Positions 39,414-49,770 of a stretch of DNA of 64,000 nucleotides are shown here, piece by piece; positions within the stretch are counted from its first letter, which is position 1; each line of letters opens with the position of its first letter. The notes below the pieces were generated by a model. The model saw only the letters and a program-made list of their open reading frames with translations, did not search any database and had not been told where the DNA came from. The stretch is from a virus. The DNA is taken from IMG/VR virus record IMGVR_UViG_3300024999_000049, positions 1 through 64,000 of that record. One strand, written 5' to 3'. Both the position numbers and the translations under genes were made by a program.

Positions 39414-39545
39414 TTTGGATCAAACCTCCTATCAAAGTAAAAATTGTCTTAAAAATGATATATACCACATAAAAAATCCCTACTATTAATATTCCACACA
39501 GCATAAATGGATTAGACACATTTGGAACTCTCAATTGAAATCCTC

Positions 39546-39836
39546 CTATATAGCTTTTAATAATTGATCAATTTTAAAAACCTTGTTATACTTAGTGCTA
39601 TGTTTGTTATCATGCCCTTTAATATATTTAAAAATATCTTCTATGTTACTAAATGAACCTTGTTTATGTGTACCGGCCCCTCCGTAATTGTTAAAGTGTC
39701 CTAACTTAATTACAAAACCATCTAAATCTCCTTTATCTATAGCCCAGGAGTCTCTTTTACTCCTGAGTTTTATATAACTTCCTATTGTGTCCCACGTAAA
39801 TCCGTATTCCAAGCATAAATTATTTATTTCCTCCAT
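39546..39836 (-). CDS. hypothetical protein
   Basis: GAGGTG RBS. Confidence 0.65.
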   Translation of the reverse strand: MEEINNLCLEYGFTWDTIGSYIKLRSKRDSWAIDKGDLDGFVIKLGHFNNYGGAGTHKQGSFSNIEDIFKYIKGHDNKHSTKYNKVFKIDQLLKAI

Positions 39837-40030
39837 TGTTCACCTCTATAACTGATTTTGCCTCCATTAACATATTTGCAAATAAAACCTTGTTTTTATC
39901 TATGCTCTTTTCCTCAGATGTTTTAACAAATCTTTTAATTATACTTTTAAATATCCGCTTTAACATTTTAACCATCCTTTCTATACATTATACTACTCAG
40001 TATTTGATTTATAAAGTTTTTATAAAAATA

Positions 40031-40585
40031 TTATGCTGCTTCTCTTTTTATTTCTTCAACATGTTTTTTGATTATTCTTATACAGCTATCGATATTCTGA
40101 TTTGTGCAACCTAAAATTTCACTAATTTCCTTTCTACTTTTTCTTTGAAGCATAAGTTGAAATGCTACCTTACTTTTCTTTGGAAGAATCTTATTTAATT
40201 TGCTTATGATTTCTTTTCTTTCACTTGATTCTACATATGAATTTTCTATATCTATTTTGCTTCTTAAAGCGTCCAAAATGGTTATACCTGGTCCAATTTC
40301 TTTACTAGTAGAAATTATATTACTGCTTATTTGCTTCATTTTATTTTCAGCCTTAATTGAATAAGTGTATAAGCGATTCCTTATAAATCTAGTTGCAAGA
40401 GTTGAAAATTGACAACCTTTTGACTCATCAAAATATTTAATTGCATTGTAAAGAGCAATATATCCCTCCTGTATATAATCTTCAAAGTCATAGGTATAAT
40501 ATACTGATGGATAATGCTTTTTAATAACATTTAATATTAACCCTCTATTTTCTTCTATTAACTGCTCAATTCTATTTTTATCCAT
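40031..40585 (-). CDS. phage sigma-70 family RNA polymerase sigma factor
   Basis: Region 2 EDYIQEGYIALYNAIKYFDESKGCQFSTLATRFIRN; region 4 HTH SRKEISEILG. Confidence 0.9.
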   Translation of the reverse strand: MDKNRIEQLIEENRGLILNVIKKHYPSVYYTYDFEDYIQEGYIALYNAIKYFDESKGCQFSTLATRFIRNRLYTYSIKAENKMKQISSNIISTSKEIGPGITILDALRSKIDIENSYVESSERKEIISKLNKILPKKSKVAFQLMLQRKSRKEISEILGCTNQNIDSCIRIIKKHVEEIKREAA

Positions 40586-40606
40586 ATTCAATATTCTCCC
40601 TTTCAT

Positions 40607-40984
40607 TTAATTTGCAATATTAAGATCTGTTCTTACTCTGGGTGTAAATTTTAAATTTTCGATATTACTTTCAGATTGCTTAATCCGCTGACTACATTGA
40701 ATTAATCCATTTTTAAACTGAGGATTTTTGAGTAAAAAATCAACAAGTATGTCTAATGTTCTATTTTCATTTTTATATTGTCTACGTTCTTGTAGCACTG
40801 TCTGTAATTCTTTAGCAAGCCTATATCCTCCATAGGCATTAAATTTTGTAAGTTCAATTTCATGATACAAATCAGTAACTTCTTTATCTCTTTCTGCCAT
40901 CAATGTTTTATTTTCTTCAAAGGTACTCATAGCATCATCAATTAGTGACAGGATAGAGTTTATAGTGTCTTTAGCTTTGCTCAT
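40607..40984 (-). CDS. conserved coiled-coil phage protein
   Basis: DLYHEIEL..FNAYGGY...L.ERR..KNE...TPRVRTDL. Confidence 0.7.
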   Translation of the reverse strand: MSKAKDTINSILSLIDDAMSTFEENKTLMAERDKEVTDLYHEIELTKFNAYGGYRLAKELQTVLQERRQYKNENRTLDILVDFLLKNPQFKNGLIQCSQRIKQSESNIENLKFTPRVRTDLNIAN

Positions 40985-41388
40985 ATTTACCTCACAATAA
41001 AATTAGGCTTTTATCTAGTTTAATTTCTTACTGCAATAAGGACAAAATTTCCATTCATTACCTACTTCAATTTCATTTTTGCATTCGGAACAATAGTACC
41101 TATAATCAAAGTACCCATCTCCGTTTTCATCTAATATTAACTCCATACTTTTGCTTCTAATAACCATATAAAATACCTCTTTTAATCTAAAAACTCCGAG
41201 CTATTTTCTTTCCTTCAGCTCGGAGCTTCTTCTTATTTTTCTTTTCATTATCTTGTATTCTAGTTATAGGATTCATGGTCCATGATAATCTAATCGACTT
41301 TAAAGTATCATAAAATGTTTTTGGCTTCGACATCGGACTCATTCCTTTCTGATAAAAATTTGGTTTTATTCACTTTATTTACGATTTA

Positions 41389-41619
41389 TTAATCTTTAAT
41401 ATCCGCATCTATAAAAAAGCCCGCTGTATATTTTATAGGTTTAAAACCATAATTTTTTATTAAGTAATTTTTAATTGAAGTACCCGAATAAGCTTTTATT
41501 TCATGAAAATCAAACACTTCGGCCTTCCTACACAATTCAGCAAATTCTATATCGGAATATTTATCATTGCTTTTTAATACAGTATTTTCTTCGTATCCAT
41601 ATATGGAATACAAATACAT
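41389..41619 (-). CDS. hypothetical protein
   Basis: AGGAGG RBS; lies between the 41352 and 41651 sites. Confidence 0.65.
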   Translation of the reverse strand: MYLYSIYGYEENTVLKSNDKYSDIEFAELCRKAEVFDFHEIKAYSGTSIKNYLIKNYGFKPIKYTAGFFIDADIKD

Positions 41620-41664
41620 TTAATCCCCTCCTTTGTTACCATATTAACTAATAAAATAATACTT

Positions 41665-42123
41665 TTATTTATTTTCATTCTTATTATTAATGATAATATA
41701 CCTTGCTCTTACATCTGCCCAAGCTAATTTCTCATCATTAAACAACCTACTAATTTCCGTAGCTAATTTAGCAGCAGAATCAAAACCACTAAAAGTCTTT
41801 GCTATTATGAAAGTTTCTCTTTCTTTTATATCAACTCCCGTCTTCCAATTTTTAACTGCAATGATGTCAACATGAATGTAATGTCCTTCATTGTCTCCAA
41901 TGACCGGATAAGCTGCTATCCATTGACCATAAGGAAAATCCTTTCCATATAAATCATGATCAAGATGAAAATAATCTAAATTATCTAAAAACTTCTGATT
42001 TTTTAAGATTCCTTTAACCTGTTCAAATACTTCTTCAGCCTTAATCATTCCAACTTGACGAAAATAACCTGGTTTCTCAGGTATGTCTTCCCAAATCTCA
42101 GTTTTAATTGTTTCAGTTATCAT
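41665..42123 (-). CDS. hypothetical protein
   Basis: AGGAGG RBS; stop in the 41651 site. Confidence 0.7.
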   Translation of the reverse strand: MITETIKTEIWEDIPEKPGYFRQVGMIKAEEVFEQVKGILKNQKFLDNLDYFHLDHDLYGKDFPYGQWIAAYPVIGDNEGHYIHVDIIAVKNWKTGVDIKERETFIIAKTFSGFDSAAKLATEISRLFNDEKLAWADVRARYIIINNKNENK

Positions 42124-42314
42124 TTGTTAATCCTCCTATTACCAATCAAATTTTCTCTGTCTAGTAAATCCATAAACTAGACTATTATTTAATCTAATAC
42201 AACCCTTACATCTATTATAAAAATATGGTGTGCATCTACCATCTTCGGTTGTCTCCTTGCATCCTTCCATAATTTTATTATATGTCGTTTGTCTAAGCGG
42301 AGCCAACAACAATA

Positions 42315-42671
42315 TTAATCACCATCCCATATTCCATCTGGCCTACATGCGGCAAAATATAATAGTCCATTAAGCGCTCTTTTTGCATTTCCCTCAGTAG
42401 ACTTCCAATAATCAGGATCAACATCATTATTGAGTTTTAAAATAGCTTCGGTTAAAATATTTAAGCTCTCGGCTCCTGTCATACCGTATATAATTCTAAT
42501 ACCTTTTGGTCCTAAGACTTTTCTGAATTGATCACTATAATTATAAGTGATATTTAACCAAGCTTTATCTGTACCAAACATAGCATATGTTCCACCGGTA
42601 ACATTATGCACTTCATTAAACTTTACTACTTCACCAGTATTAGAATCATTTAGATAAACATCATAACTCAT
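42315..42671 (-). CDS. conserved hypothetical phage protein
   Basis: MSYDV...NITYNY...GMTGAES...RPDGIW.GD. Confidence 0.75.
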   Translation of the reverse strand: MSYDVYLNDSNTGEVVKFNEVHNVTGGTYAMFGTDKAWLNITYNYSDQFRKVLGPKGIRIIYGMTGAESLNILTEAILKLNNDVDPDYWKSTEGNAKRALNGLLYFAACRPDGIWDGD

Positions 42672-42783
42672 ATTATCTCTCCTTATAAAATTAATTTTTA
42701 TTAACTTGTTTTAGAAAATACCTAATCAACTATCAAAATAAATGTTATAATATATTTATAAATATTTTTTGAGGTGATATAAA

Positions 42784-42963
42784 ATGAAAGATCTTAACAC
42801 AATAAGAAAAGCAGGAATAGAAGCCTTGGTAAAAGCATTGGGTCCAGTTGGAGCCGCATGTTTTCTCCGTCAATACGAGATGGGTGAGGGAGACTACACA
42901 AAAGAACGTCATGAACTGCTAAAAGATGTAACTCTTGATGAAATAAAACGTAGCCTTGAATAA
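42784..42963 (+). CDS. 59-aa protein resembling small partners (putative antitoxins) of PIN-domain toxins; not in the ORF track
   Basis: MKDLNTIRKAGIEALVKALGPVGAACFLRQYEMGEGDYTKERHELL; GAGGTG RBS and TGnTATAAT upstream. Confidence 0.7.
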   Translation: MKDLNTIRKAGIEALVKALGPVGAACFLRQYEMGEGDYTKERHELLKDVTLDEIKRSLE

Positions 42964-42972
42964 AATTAGTTT

Positions 42973-43266
42973 TTATTCGAATTCAATCTTGGTCCATCCA
43001 ACTGAATCACAATAATATGTTGCTCCATTTATTGCAATAACATCACTTATAGATAGTGATCTACCCCTATAATCTTTTGGATGATTAATATTAAAAATTT
43101 CAAATAATTTTTCTAAAGCATGTAACTCGGACTCTTCTTTAATTTGTCCTGTATAAACAAGATTATAATCTAATACTTTTGGTTTAATACCATCTCTTAG
43201 CCCCATAAAGGCATAGTCAATTTCTCTTGTGTTTGTTATTTGATAAATTGCATATCGAAATATCAT
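42973..43266 (-). CDS. YodL-like domain protein
   Basis: IYQI, LEKLFEIFNINHPKDYRGRSLSISDVI, YYCDSVGW. Confidence 0.85.
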   Translation of the reverse strand: MIFRYAIYQITNTREIDYAFMGLRDGIKPKVLDYNLVYTGQIKEESELHALEKLFEIFNINHPKDYRGRSLSISDVIAINGATYYCDSVGWTKIEFE

Positions 43267-43305
43267 TAAATCAACTCCTTAATAAAATCGGACTTTTATC
43301 TTGTT

Positions 43306-43560
43306 TTAACCTGGATAAAAATCATAAGCATATTCCAACTTTACTTTGATATGAATATCACACATCCCATTAACTCCGGTATGTAACATTATACCATCTT
43401 CAAAACTCTCAAAATCTGCTTTGCCAACCATTCCAGATTTGATTAGTTCTACAATATTATCTTTATTTATTCCTTCATAAATTATCTCCAATGCTCTTTC
43501 TCTAGAAGTTGTTGGCTTTTGATGATATCCTGTTTTATACACATTTGAATTTTGTTCCAT
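43306..43560 (-). CDS. hypothetical protein
   Basis: GAGGTG RBS. Confidence 0.6.
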   Translation of the reverse strand: MEQNSNVYKTGYHQKPTTSRERALEIIYEGINKDNIVELIKSGMVGKADFESFEDGIMLHTGVNGMCDIHIKVKLEYAYDFYPG

Positions 43561-43954
43561 AACACACCTCTTATTTTAATAGTTTTTCTTTAAGCTTTTT
43601 AGCCTTTTCAATTTTATCCGTATATTTATTTAGAAAACTAGGGCTTTGATTTAAATATCTCATCATTCCCTCATAACTATTGAAAATTTCAATTAAAAGC
43701 TTTGTTTCGTTTTTAGAAAATTCAATATTCATTTTATTCCTTTCTTAATAAATTCAAGATTTTAATAATTTTTTATTATATCTTCCAGCTCTTTAATAAT
43801 ATAATTAAACCCTGCAATTTTACCTTTACCGTATTCCGATACTCCAAACCATCCTTCTATTGGGGTTTGAATATCTTTAATCTGATCTTCAAGTTTATTA
43901 ATTAAATTAATAATATCTTCTTTCATTTTTCTCACTCCAAATAAATGTAAAATT

Positions 43955-44311
43955 TTATTGAATTTTTATATTGTACAATAGTGCAATTGGAAAGCTAAAT
44001 ATAATTGCCAATATCCCGAATAGTCTTATTAACAAAATAGCCCACAAACGAAGTGGCATTCCTATAACATCTAACATGTTCATAGTTCTATACATTGAAA
44101 CCGAACATCCTTCGTCTTCTGAATAATATTTATCACCCAAACATTTTTTGCAATTATTCATATGCGGATTATCGAACCCGCAACATTCTAACTTTCTAAT
44201 TTCTTTAATTTTCCCAATGATCCAAAGTATATCGTGAATTAATGAACTTTTAGGATATTTGAAAAAATCAAGATAATTCTTCCACCCATTTTTATTAAAT
44301 ACTATTTGCAT
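43955..44311 (-). CDS. hypothetical membrane protein
   Basis: C-terminal hydrophobic segment; stop in the 43941 site. Confidence 0.6.
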   Translation of the reverse strand: MQIVFNKNGWKNYLDFFKYPKSSLIHDILWIIGKIKEIRKLECCGFDNPHMNNCKKCLGDKYYSEDEGCSVSMYRTMNMLDVIGMPLRLWAILLIRLFGILAIIFSFPIALLYNIKIQ

Positions 44312-44560
44312 ACAACACTCCTTTTTGCAAGAAATCCTTCATATTTGAATTGTTATTGTTTTTTATTTTTGCAAGTTTTCCTGCATTAACTTGCAAGCTG
44401 ATGAATTTTTGCTATCGTTATTTTTGAGTCATTTATGAATTCTCTTGGACTCAGGATAAACTCTCGTCTTATTCCTGTTTCATCTAGAAAATGACAACTG
44501 TATAGCAGCTCATCACTTTCAATGTCGAGAACAATTTTTATTTTCATTTTACCAACTCCT

Positions 44561-44776
44561 TTAATCATTAAATACAATTTCAAATTGTTTTTTAGTCATA
44601 AAAATCACTTCATCACTAGATCTTAAACCACAATAAAAAACAGCTTTCTTAGCTGTTTCCTCAGATGTTTTTATTTTATTATATAGCGCAACCCATTCTT
44701 CTTCGTATCGACCGTTACCAAATTCTCTGGTAAAATCTATTCTTATAATATTTTTTTTTACAAACAATGCCTTCAT
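44561..44776 (-). CDS. hypothetical protein
   Basis: ORF after the 44785 site. Confidence 0.5.
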   Translation of the reverse strand: MKALFVKKNIIRIDFTREFGNGRYEEEWVALYNKIKTSEETAKKAVFYCGLRSSDEVIFMTKKQFEIVFND

Positions 44777-44806
44777 CCTTTCTTATAAAACTGTTGTTTT
44801 ATATGT

Positions 44807-45016
44807 TTATTGTTTGTCTAATTGAATTCCATATATATCTTCGATCCATCTTTTTATTTGACCGTCCCAACCCAGGAATCCTTCCCATTCACATACTTCT
44901 CTAAATGCTTTTTTAGGAGAATAATTATTAAATCTTTCATCCATACTTGTGTCTGTTTCTTCCAAATCTTCTCTTTGTCTTAATCTTCTTAAAATATGTT
45001 CTGGATATTTATCCAT
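44807..45016 (-). CDS. hypothetical protein
   Basis: ATG at 45016 after AAAGGAG. Confidence 0.65.
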   Translation of the reverse strand: MDKYPEHILRRLRQREDLEETDTSMDERFNNYSPKKAFREVCEWEGFLGWDGQIKRWIEDIYGIQLDKQ

Positions 45017-45263
45017 ACTAAATACTCCTTTCAATAACAGATAAAATTTATCTTTTATTTGATTCACAATATTTTTCATCAATTTCATAATTATCACATG
45101 TTTTCCCATCTTTATCACATGTAATAACCCAATGATTTTCTCGACAAAGTTTTAAATTTTCACATTTCATACAATTGATTAATGTTGTTATTGCTTGATC
45201 CGGTTGCAACATCGCTTCTGGCCTATTCATAGTCTACGCCCCTTCCTAAATAAAATACGGATC

Positions 45264-45497
45264 TTATTGCAATCTCTGTTTAGATATTTCACTTGCCGTA
45301 CTTAATATTTTATTTTTAATCATATCGAAATAAAAATCATTACCGCCTGAAGCTTTTGGAACCTTGAATTTATTAAAGATATCTCTAATTTCTAAATCTG
45401 TTAATCCATATAATTTCAACTGATCTACAAGAGTAGCGATTTTCATTTGATATTTATCTATTATGATTTTACCATTCACATTTTTAAATCCATACAT
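45264..45497 (-). CDS. hypothetical protein
   Basis: AAGGAG RBS; stop in the 45250 site. Confidence 0.6.
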   Translation of the reverse strand: MYGFKNVNGKIIIDKYQMKIATLVDQLKLYGLTDLEIRDIFNKFKVPKASGGNDFYFDMIKNKILSTASEISKQRLQ

Positions 45498-45513
45498 ATT
45501 TTATATCAACTCC

Positions 45514-45792
45514 TTATTTATAAAAATACCTATTCATACTACCCTCGTTTTTAAATAGACTACTCTCACAGAAGCTATTTAATTTTGAGTCTTCATTCAA
45601 ACAGAAGCTAATGCCGATAATCTGATTCCGATAATACTCCTTCAGCATATTTAACTTGCCGACTCTCCTGGTAAATTGAATGGCATTATCGGCCTTTATG
45701 CATTTCTTCAAATCAGATATTTCTTCATTGAGTTTATCAATACAAGATTGCATTTTATCTCTGCATCTTTTAATATCATCAACGTTCCTCAT
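45514..45792 (-). CDS. hypothetical protein
   Basis: GGAGG RBS. Confidence 0.6.
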   Translation of the reverse strand: MRNVDDIKRCRDKMQSCIDKLNEEISDLKKCIKADNAIQFTRRVGKLNMLKEYYRNQIIGISFCLNEDSKLNSFCESSLFKNEGSMNRYFYK

Positions 45793-45998
45793 TTAATTTC
45801 CTCCATAATTTCTTTATAAGCAGGACAATCAACTTCCCAGGGATTCATTTTATATCCATCATGTTTTGTGCAACTACAACAAACACACATTTTATCTGTA
45901 AGCTTACATTTTATAGGGTTTAATTCATTATCTATTAATATGAAAGCATTCGCACATTTTATCATATAGCTCTCCTTCCGAATAAATTCGAACTTTTA

Positions 45999-46211
45999 TT
46001 ATATTTTGTCATTTGTTACTTCACAAATAGTAAGCTCATATTCTCTCGTAAATTCTTTTGATGGAATTTTAATTAATATACCCAATCCTCCGAACATGCC
46101 GCTCTCAGTATAAAGTTGAACATTTGTATTTGGTAAATATTTAGCAAGTATCGAAGAAACTTCCCTCATAACATCATCAGTTCTTATAACATTATTGTGA
46201 GGTCTTACCAT
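45999..46211 (-). CDS. hypothetical protein
   Basis: Bounded by the 45982 and 46232 sites. Confidence 0.6.
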   Translation of the reverse strand: MVRPHNNVIRTDDVMREVSSILAKYLPNTNVQLYTESGMFGGLGILIKIPSKEFTREYELTICEVTNDKI

Positions 46212-46245
46212 AATAATATCTCCAATTCTTTATAAAACATTAGAT

Positions 46246-46845
46246 TTATTCACTTTTGCTTTTATCGTCCATCTCTTTTAACTCAAAAGACACTTGATAT
46301 TTTTTAGATTTTAATATTATACCAGCTAAACTCATCATTCTTTCTTGTAGTTCCTCTCCAGTCATTTCGCTAACTAACCTTAAAGAAAATCTACTATCAA
46401 TAATATCAATTTTAGTTTTCTTTTCCACAACTTCTTCCTCATTTTTCATAATATTTTTCTTTGGAACTTTAGGCTCACTTGCCTTAACATTTTTCGCTGT
46501 GTTCTTAGCCCTCCAATACATATCATGAATACTCTGAATTTTAATTTCAAAATGTTTAGCTAACTCTTTTCTATTGCCAAATTTCTTTGTTAAAGCATCA
46601 ATAGCAGCCATTCTTTCTTTATGATCTAAGGCCACTAAATCCTTGTAAGTTATGTTATCATAAACATTAGACACTGTAACACCTCCACTAAGTTTATCTT
46701 TTTCTTTTTTCGTAAGATAGTCAGAAGAGAATCTTACTTTACCTGAATATTTTCTATTTCCTCGATATTTAACATTCCTCCCAATAATTTTCTTTTCCTT
46801 AATCTCATCATTAAACATTTTTTCAATATCATCTTTTGTATCCAT
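46246..46845 (-). CDS. hypothetical basic protein with a possible HTH
   Basis: NRKELAKHFEIKIQSIHD. Confidence 0.65.
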   Translation of the reverse strand: MDTKDDIEKMFNDEIKEKKIIGRNVKYRGNRKYSGKVRFSSDYLTKKEKDKLSGGVTVSNVYDNITYKDLVALDHKERMAAIDALTKKFGNRKELAKHFEIKIQSIHDMYWRAKNTAKNVKASEPKVPKKNIMKNEEEVVEKKTKIDIIDSRFSLRLVSEMTGEELQERMMSLAGIILKSKKYQVSFELKEMDDKSKSE

Positions 46846-46849
46846 AGTC

Positions 46850-47218
46850 CTAGATGCTCAGTAACATTATTAATGCATTCCTGGTTACAAGGTTGTGAGA
46901 ATTATTAATATTGTTTTGTACGACAAACACCAGAACAGATTTAATAAAAGCTCTTTGAGATTCTCTTGTACTAATATTCTCAAAATTGTCAAGATAATCT
47001 ATCATTTCTTGATATGTGACATGCAGCACGTTTTTATTGATTGCTGTACAAAATCGAATAAATGCAGACTTATAATTATTAAACTTCAATAATGTCTGCT
47101 TATCATCCCCAGGAAATTTCGCAGCTTTAAATGCTCCAAGATATACTTTATTTATTCCAAGTTCATCAGGTATGGTTGATCTGTTATCCCAATACTCCAT
47201 ATTCTTTTTCACTATCAA
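46850..47218 (-). CDS. stand-alone integrase N-terminal SAM-like domain protein
   Basis: NNYKSAFIRFC...VTYQEMIDYL...SQRAFIKSVLVF; similar to the C-half of 52365..52910. Confidence 0.55.
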   Translation of the reverse strand: MIVKKNMEYWDNRSTIPDELGINKVYLGAFKAAKFPGDDKQTLLKFNNYKSAFIRFCTAINKNVLHVTYQEMIDYLDNFENISTRESQRAFIKSVLVFVVQNNINNSHNLVTRNALIMLLSI

Positions 47219-47253
47219 TCACCTCCAACTAATTATACAATAAAAATCTTATT

Positions 47254-47595
47254 TTACCCATTTTCAATTCCGTCTTCATCCAGTATCATACTAAACCGAG
47301 CTATGGTTATTTTAAAAGTATCTGCTGCACTTTCTAACCATTCAAGGCTTTTTACTCCCTTTAATAAAAATTCTAATTTCTTAATCAAATATAAAGCATT
47401 ATCAAAAATTTCCACTTTGGAATTACTCACTGTTATCATTTTACATGCTTCATTTTTTATCAAATACATACATTCATTTATAATAAAATTAGCATGTGAG
47501 GATATATCTGGTTCAAACAACTCTTCATTAGTTATTTGCCATTTGGCAACATCAACTTGTTTATCCATCCATTTTGTAAAATCTTCATACTTCAT
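47254..47595 (-). CDS. hypothetical protein
   Basis: AAAGGAG RBS; lies between the 47240 and 47643 sites. Confidence 0.65.
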   Translation of the reverse strand: MKYEDFTKWMDKQVDVAKWQITNEELFEPDISSHANFIINECMYLIKNEACKMITVSNSKVEIFDNALYLIKKLEFLLKGVKSLEWLESAADTFKITIARFSMILDEDGIENG

Positions 47596-47862
47596 AGTGT
47601 GTACTCCTTTTTATTTTTAATTTTACAATAATTCGGAATATTATAAAAGAATAATTTTATTTATTTAAAACTTTTGATAAAATTCAATACTGCTTCCATG
47701 TTACTTTTTAGCTCAGCCAGTTTATGATAATCAATATCATTCCGATTATCATTTAAATGTTGAGCAAATAATATTAAATCACATTTTAAACTTACCATTG
47801 TTTCATTTATATCCATATTTAACTCCTTTCTTTGAAAATAAAATCCGTCTTTCATTTTCCTT

Positions 47863-48078
47863 TTAAATAAGTAATCCTTTTATTGCTGTGCCGATTAATA
47901 CTAAACTCAAAACACTTAAAAATCCAAATTCTTTATACCCATATAAATGATGTACATATATTTTTTGATAAGTTTTTATAGTTAAGAAGATACAAAATGT
48001 AGATAAAAATATCCCAAATAATAAAATGGCTATACAAAGAATTTTCCATAGTAATAACATATATGTTTCCTCCTCCAA
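47863..48078 (-). CDS. small two-TM membrane protein
   Basis: Two hydrophobic helices. Confidence 0.6.
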   Translation of the reverse strand: MEEETYMLLLWKILCIAILLFGIFLSTFCIFLTIKTYQKIYVHHLYGYKEFGFLSVLSLVLIGTAIKGLLI

Positions 48079-48092
48079 TTAAAATACGTTTT

Positions 48093-48284
48093 TTATTTAC
48101 TTTTCTTCAATCTATTTTCTTCTCTTGCAAGAGGAACCCAAATAGAATATAGTTCCGTTCTTTTCTTTTCAAATTCTTCATTAATTGCAATAATCTTTCT
48201 ATTTCTATCTTCTTCAAGTTTTTTTATTGCATCTTCAACTTCTTTAATCTTAATTTTCAATTCTTCATATTCCATTTGATTCAC
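48093..48284 (-). CDS. coiled-coil hypothetical protein
   Basis: Stop in the 48079 site. Confidence 0.55.
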   Translation of the reverse strand: MNQMEYEELKIKIKEVEDAIKKLEEDRNRKIIAINEEFEKKRTELYSIWVPLAREENRLKKSK

Positions 48285-48374
48285 TTCCTTATAAAATTCA
48301 CAATTCGAGTACTTTTATTATATACTAAAATTTATAATAAAGCAAACTGTAATATTAATTATTACTATATTAAC

Positions 48375-48940
48375 TTAATTATTGCCTTTGTACTCTCCAT
48401 AATATTTTTCACGCATTTCTTCTGCAAATATACCAGCCTGATGTACATCACCAAATTTACCTAACATAGTATTTTTACCTTCTTGTAATTGAACACAAAA
48501 TAATCCTTCAATTTCAGATACATTTCTATACCCTGTCTTATTGTTTTTATTTTTATCTCCTCTATGTTGTAAATTTTTATTATTCTTGGTACAACGTAAA
48601 TTTGACTCTAAATTATTCAATGTATTATGACCTTCATGGTCTACGTATATTTCTGGATTGTGTTCAGGATTCATTATTTCAATATGTAAATATCTTGACC
48701 TTCCATGACGTTTTCCATCTTCTCCTGTATATCTTTCACATGCCATTGCATAATATGTTCCTGTGTTTGGAGCATATCTTAAATGCCAATGTAAATCTAG
48801 GTCTTTAATTCTTTTTAAATTCTTAGTATCAATAGGTGTTTCAAATTTTTCTTTCTTTCGATTATAAAGAAATATTACGGCAATTTCCCCTCTAATCTCA
48901 TAATCATTAAAGGTAATTTAGGTGGTGCTATTATAATCAT
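48375..48940 (-). pseudogene. HNH-AP2 endonuclease, apparently frameshifted near the 5' end
   Basis: YLH, VDH...NTLNN..SNLR and AP2-like NKTGYRNV...LGKF...AEEMR. The frame continues upstream to FNDYEIRG but meets TAA near 48920, while the RBS-linked start is in another frame. Confidence 0.6.
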
Positions 48941-49203
48941 CCTTTCTTATATTTGTTTTATTGCTATTTAAACTCTTCGAATCTCGCATTTTAATCACTT
49001 TTATGACATTTATCATGCTTTTTGCAGTTTAAACAAATGTTAGCTTCTCCATCACTATATTTGATAAGTGTTTCACCAAATTCTTCTTTTGAAATTTTAT
49101 TATCTTGCCAACATTTTAACAAATCTTGAATTGCTAGAGAATATTTCTTACATACTGCCATTTTAAAAACCTCACCCTCCCATTAAAACTTGTATTTTAT
49201 TGC

Positions 49204-49431
49204 CTATTTACTAATCCACATTCCTATTGGAAGTAAACTATCACTTTCAGAATATTTATATTTAACCTTATAGCCTAATTCTTGTACTTTTGCTTCTACA
49301 TGATCAGAATAAAGCATGAATGCAATATCTCCATCTTCTACTATTAACTTTATATCTGTCAAACAGGATGCCTTTTCTCCATGATCTCCACCATGACACA
49401 TTTTACAATTAACAACTACTATTTCAGGCAT
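49204..49431 (-). CDS. hypothetical protein
   Basis: ATG at 49431 after AAGGAG. Confidence 0.6.
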   Translation of the reverse strand: MPEIVVVNCKMCHGGDHGEKASCLTDIKLIVEDGDIAFMLYSDHVEAKVQELGYKVKYKYSESDSLLPIGMWISK

Positions 49432-49444
49432 TTTAACTCTCCTT

Positions 49445-49714
49445 CTATTTACTTTTATTAACATAATATAAAAACACTTCTTCAATTTCTTTAATATTAT
49501 CTTCTACATACCCTTCTCCATTTGATATAAATGCTAAAGCCTCGGTTGATGGTTCAGAAGAATATTTATTGTCACCAGTTGCATCCAAAACAGAAATATC
49601 AATATCATATTCTTCAAACATATTTGTTAATTCACGCTCTAACATTTTCGCTTTTTCTATTGTCGCTTGTATTTGTCTTAATTTATTTTTAATCTTAACT
49701 GGCATTTGTTTCAT
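49445..49714 (-). CDS. hypothetical protein
   Basis: GGTG RBS; co-oriented. Confidence 0.6.
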   Translation of the reverse strand: MKQMPVKIKNKLRQIQATIEKAKMLERELTNMFEEYDIDISVLDATGDNKYSSEPSTEALAFISNGEGYVEDNIKEIEEVFLYYVNKSK

Positions 49715-49770
49715 GATTAATCACCATCCGTATTTATATATTTTCTTGCATTTGCTTATATGCCCATAGT

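Noticed and set aside
38535-39545. Prophage attachment boundary at the recombinase
   Set aside because: Phage-like genes with the same strand, style and motifs continue on both sides, and no att repeat or host gene is visible.
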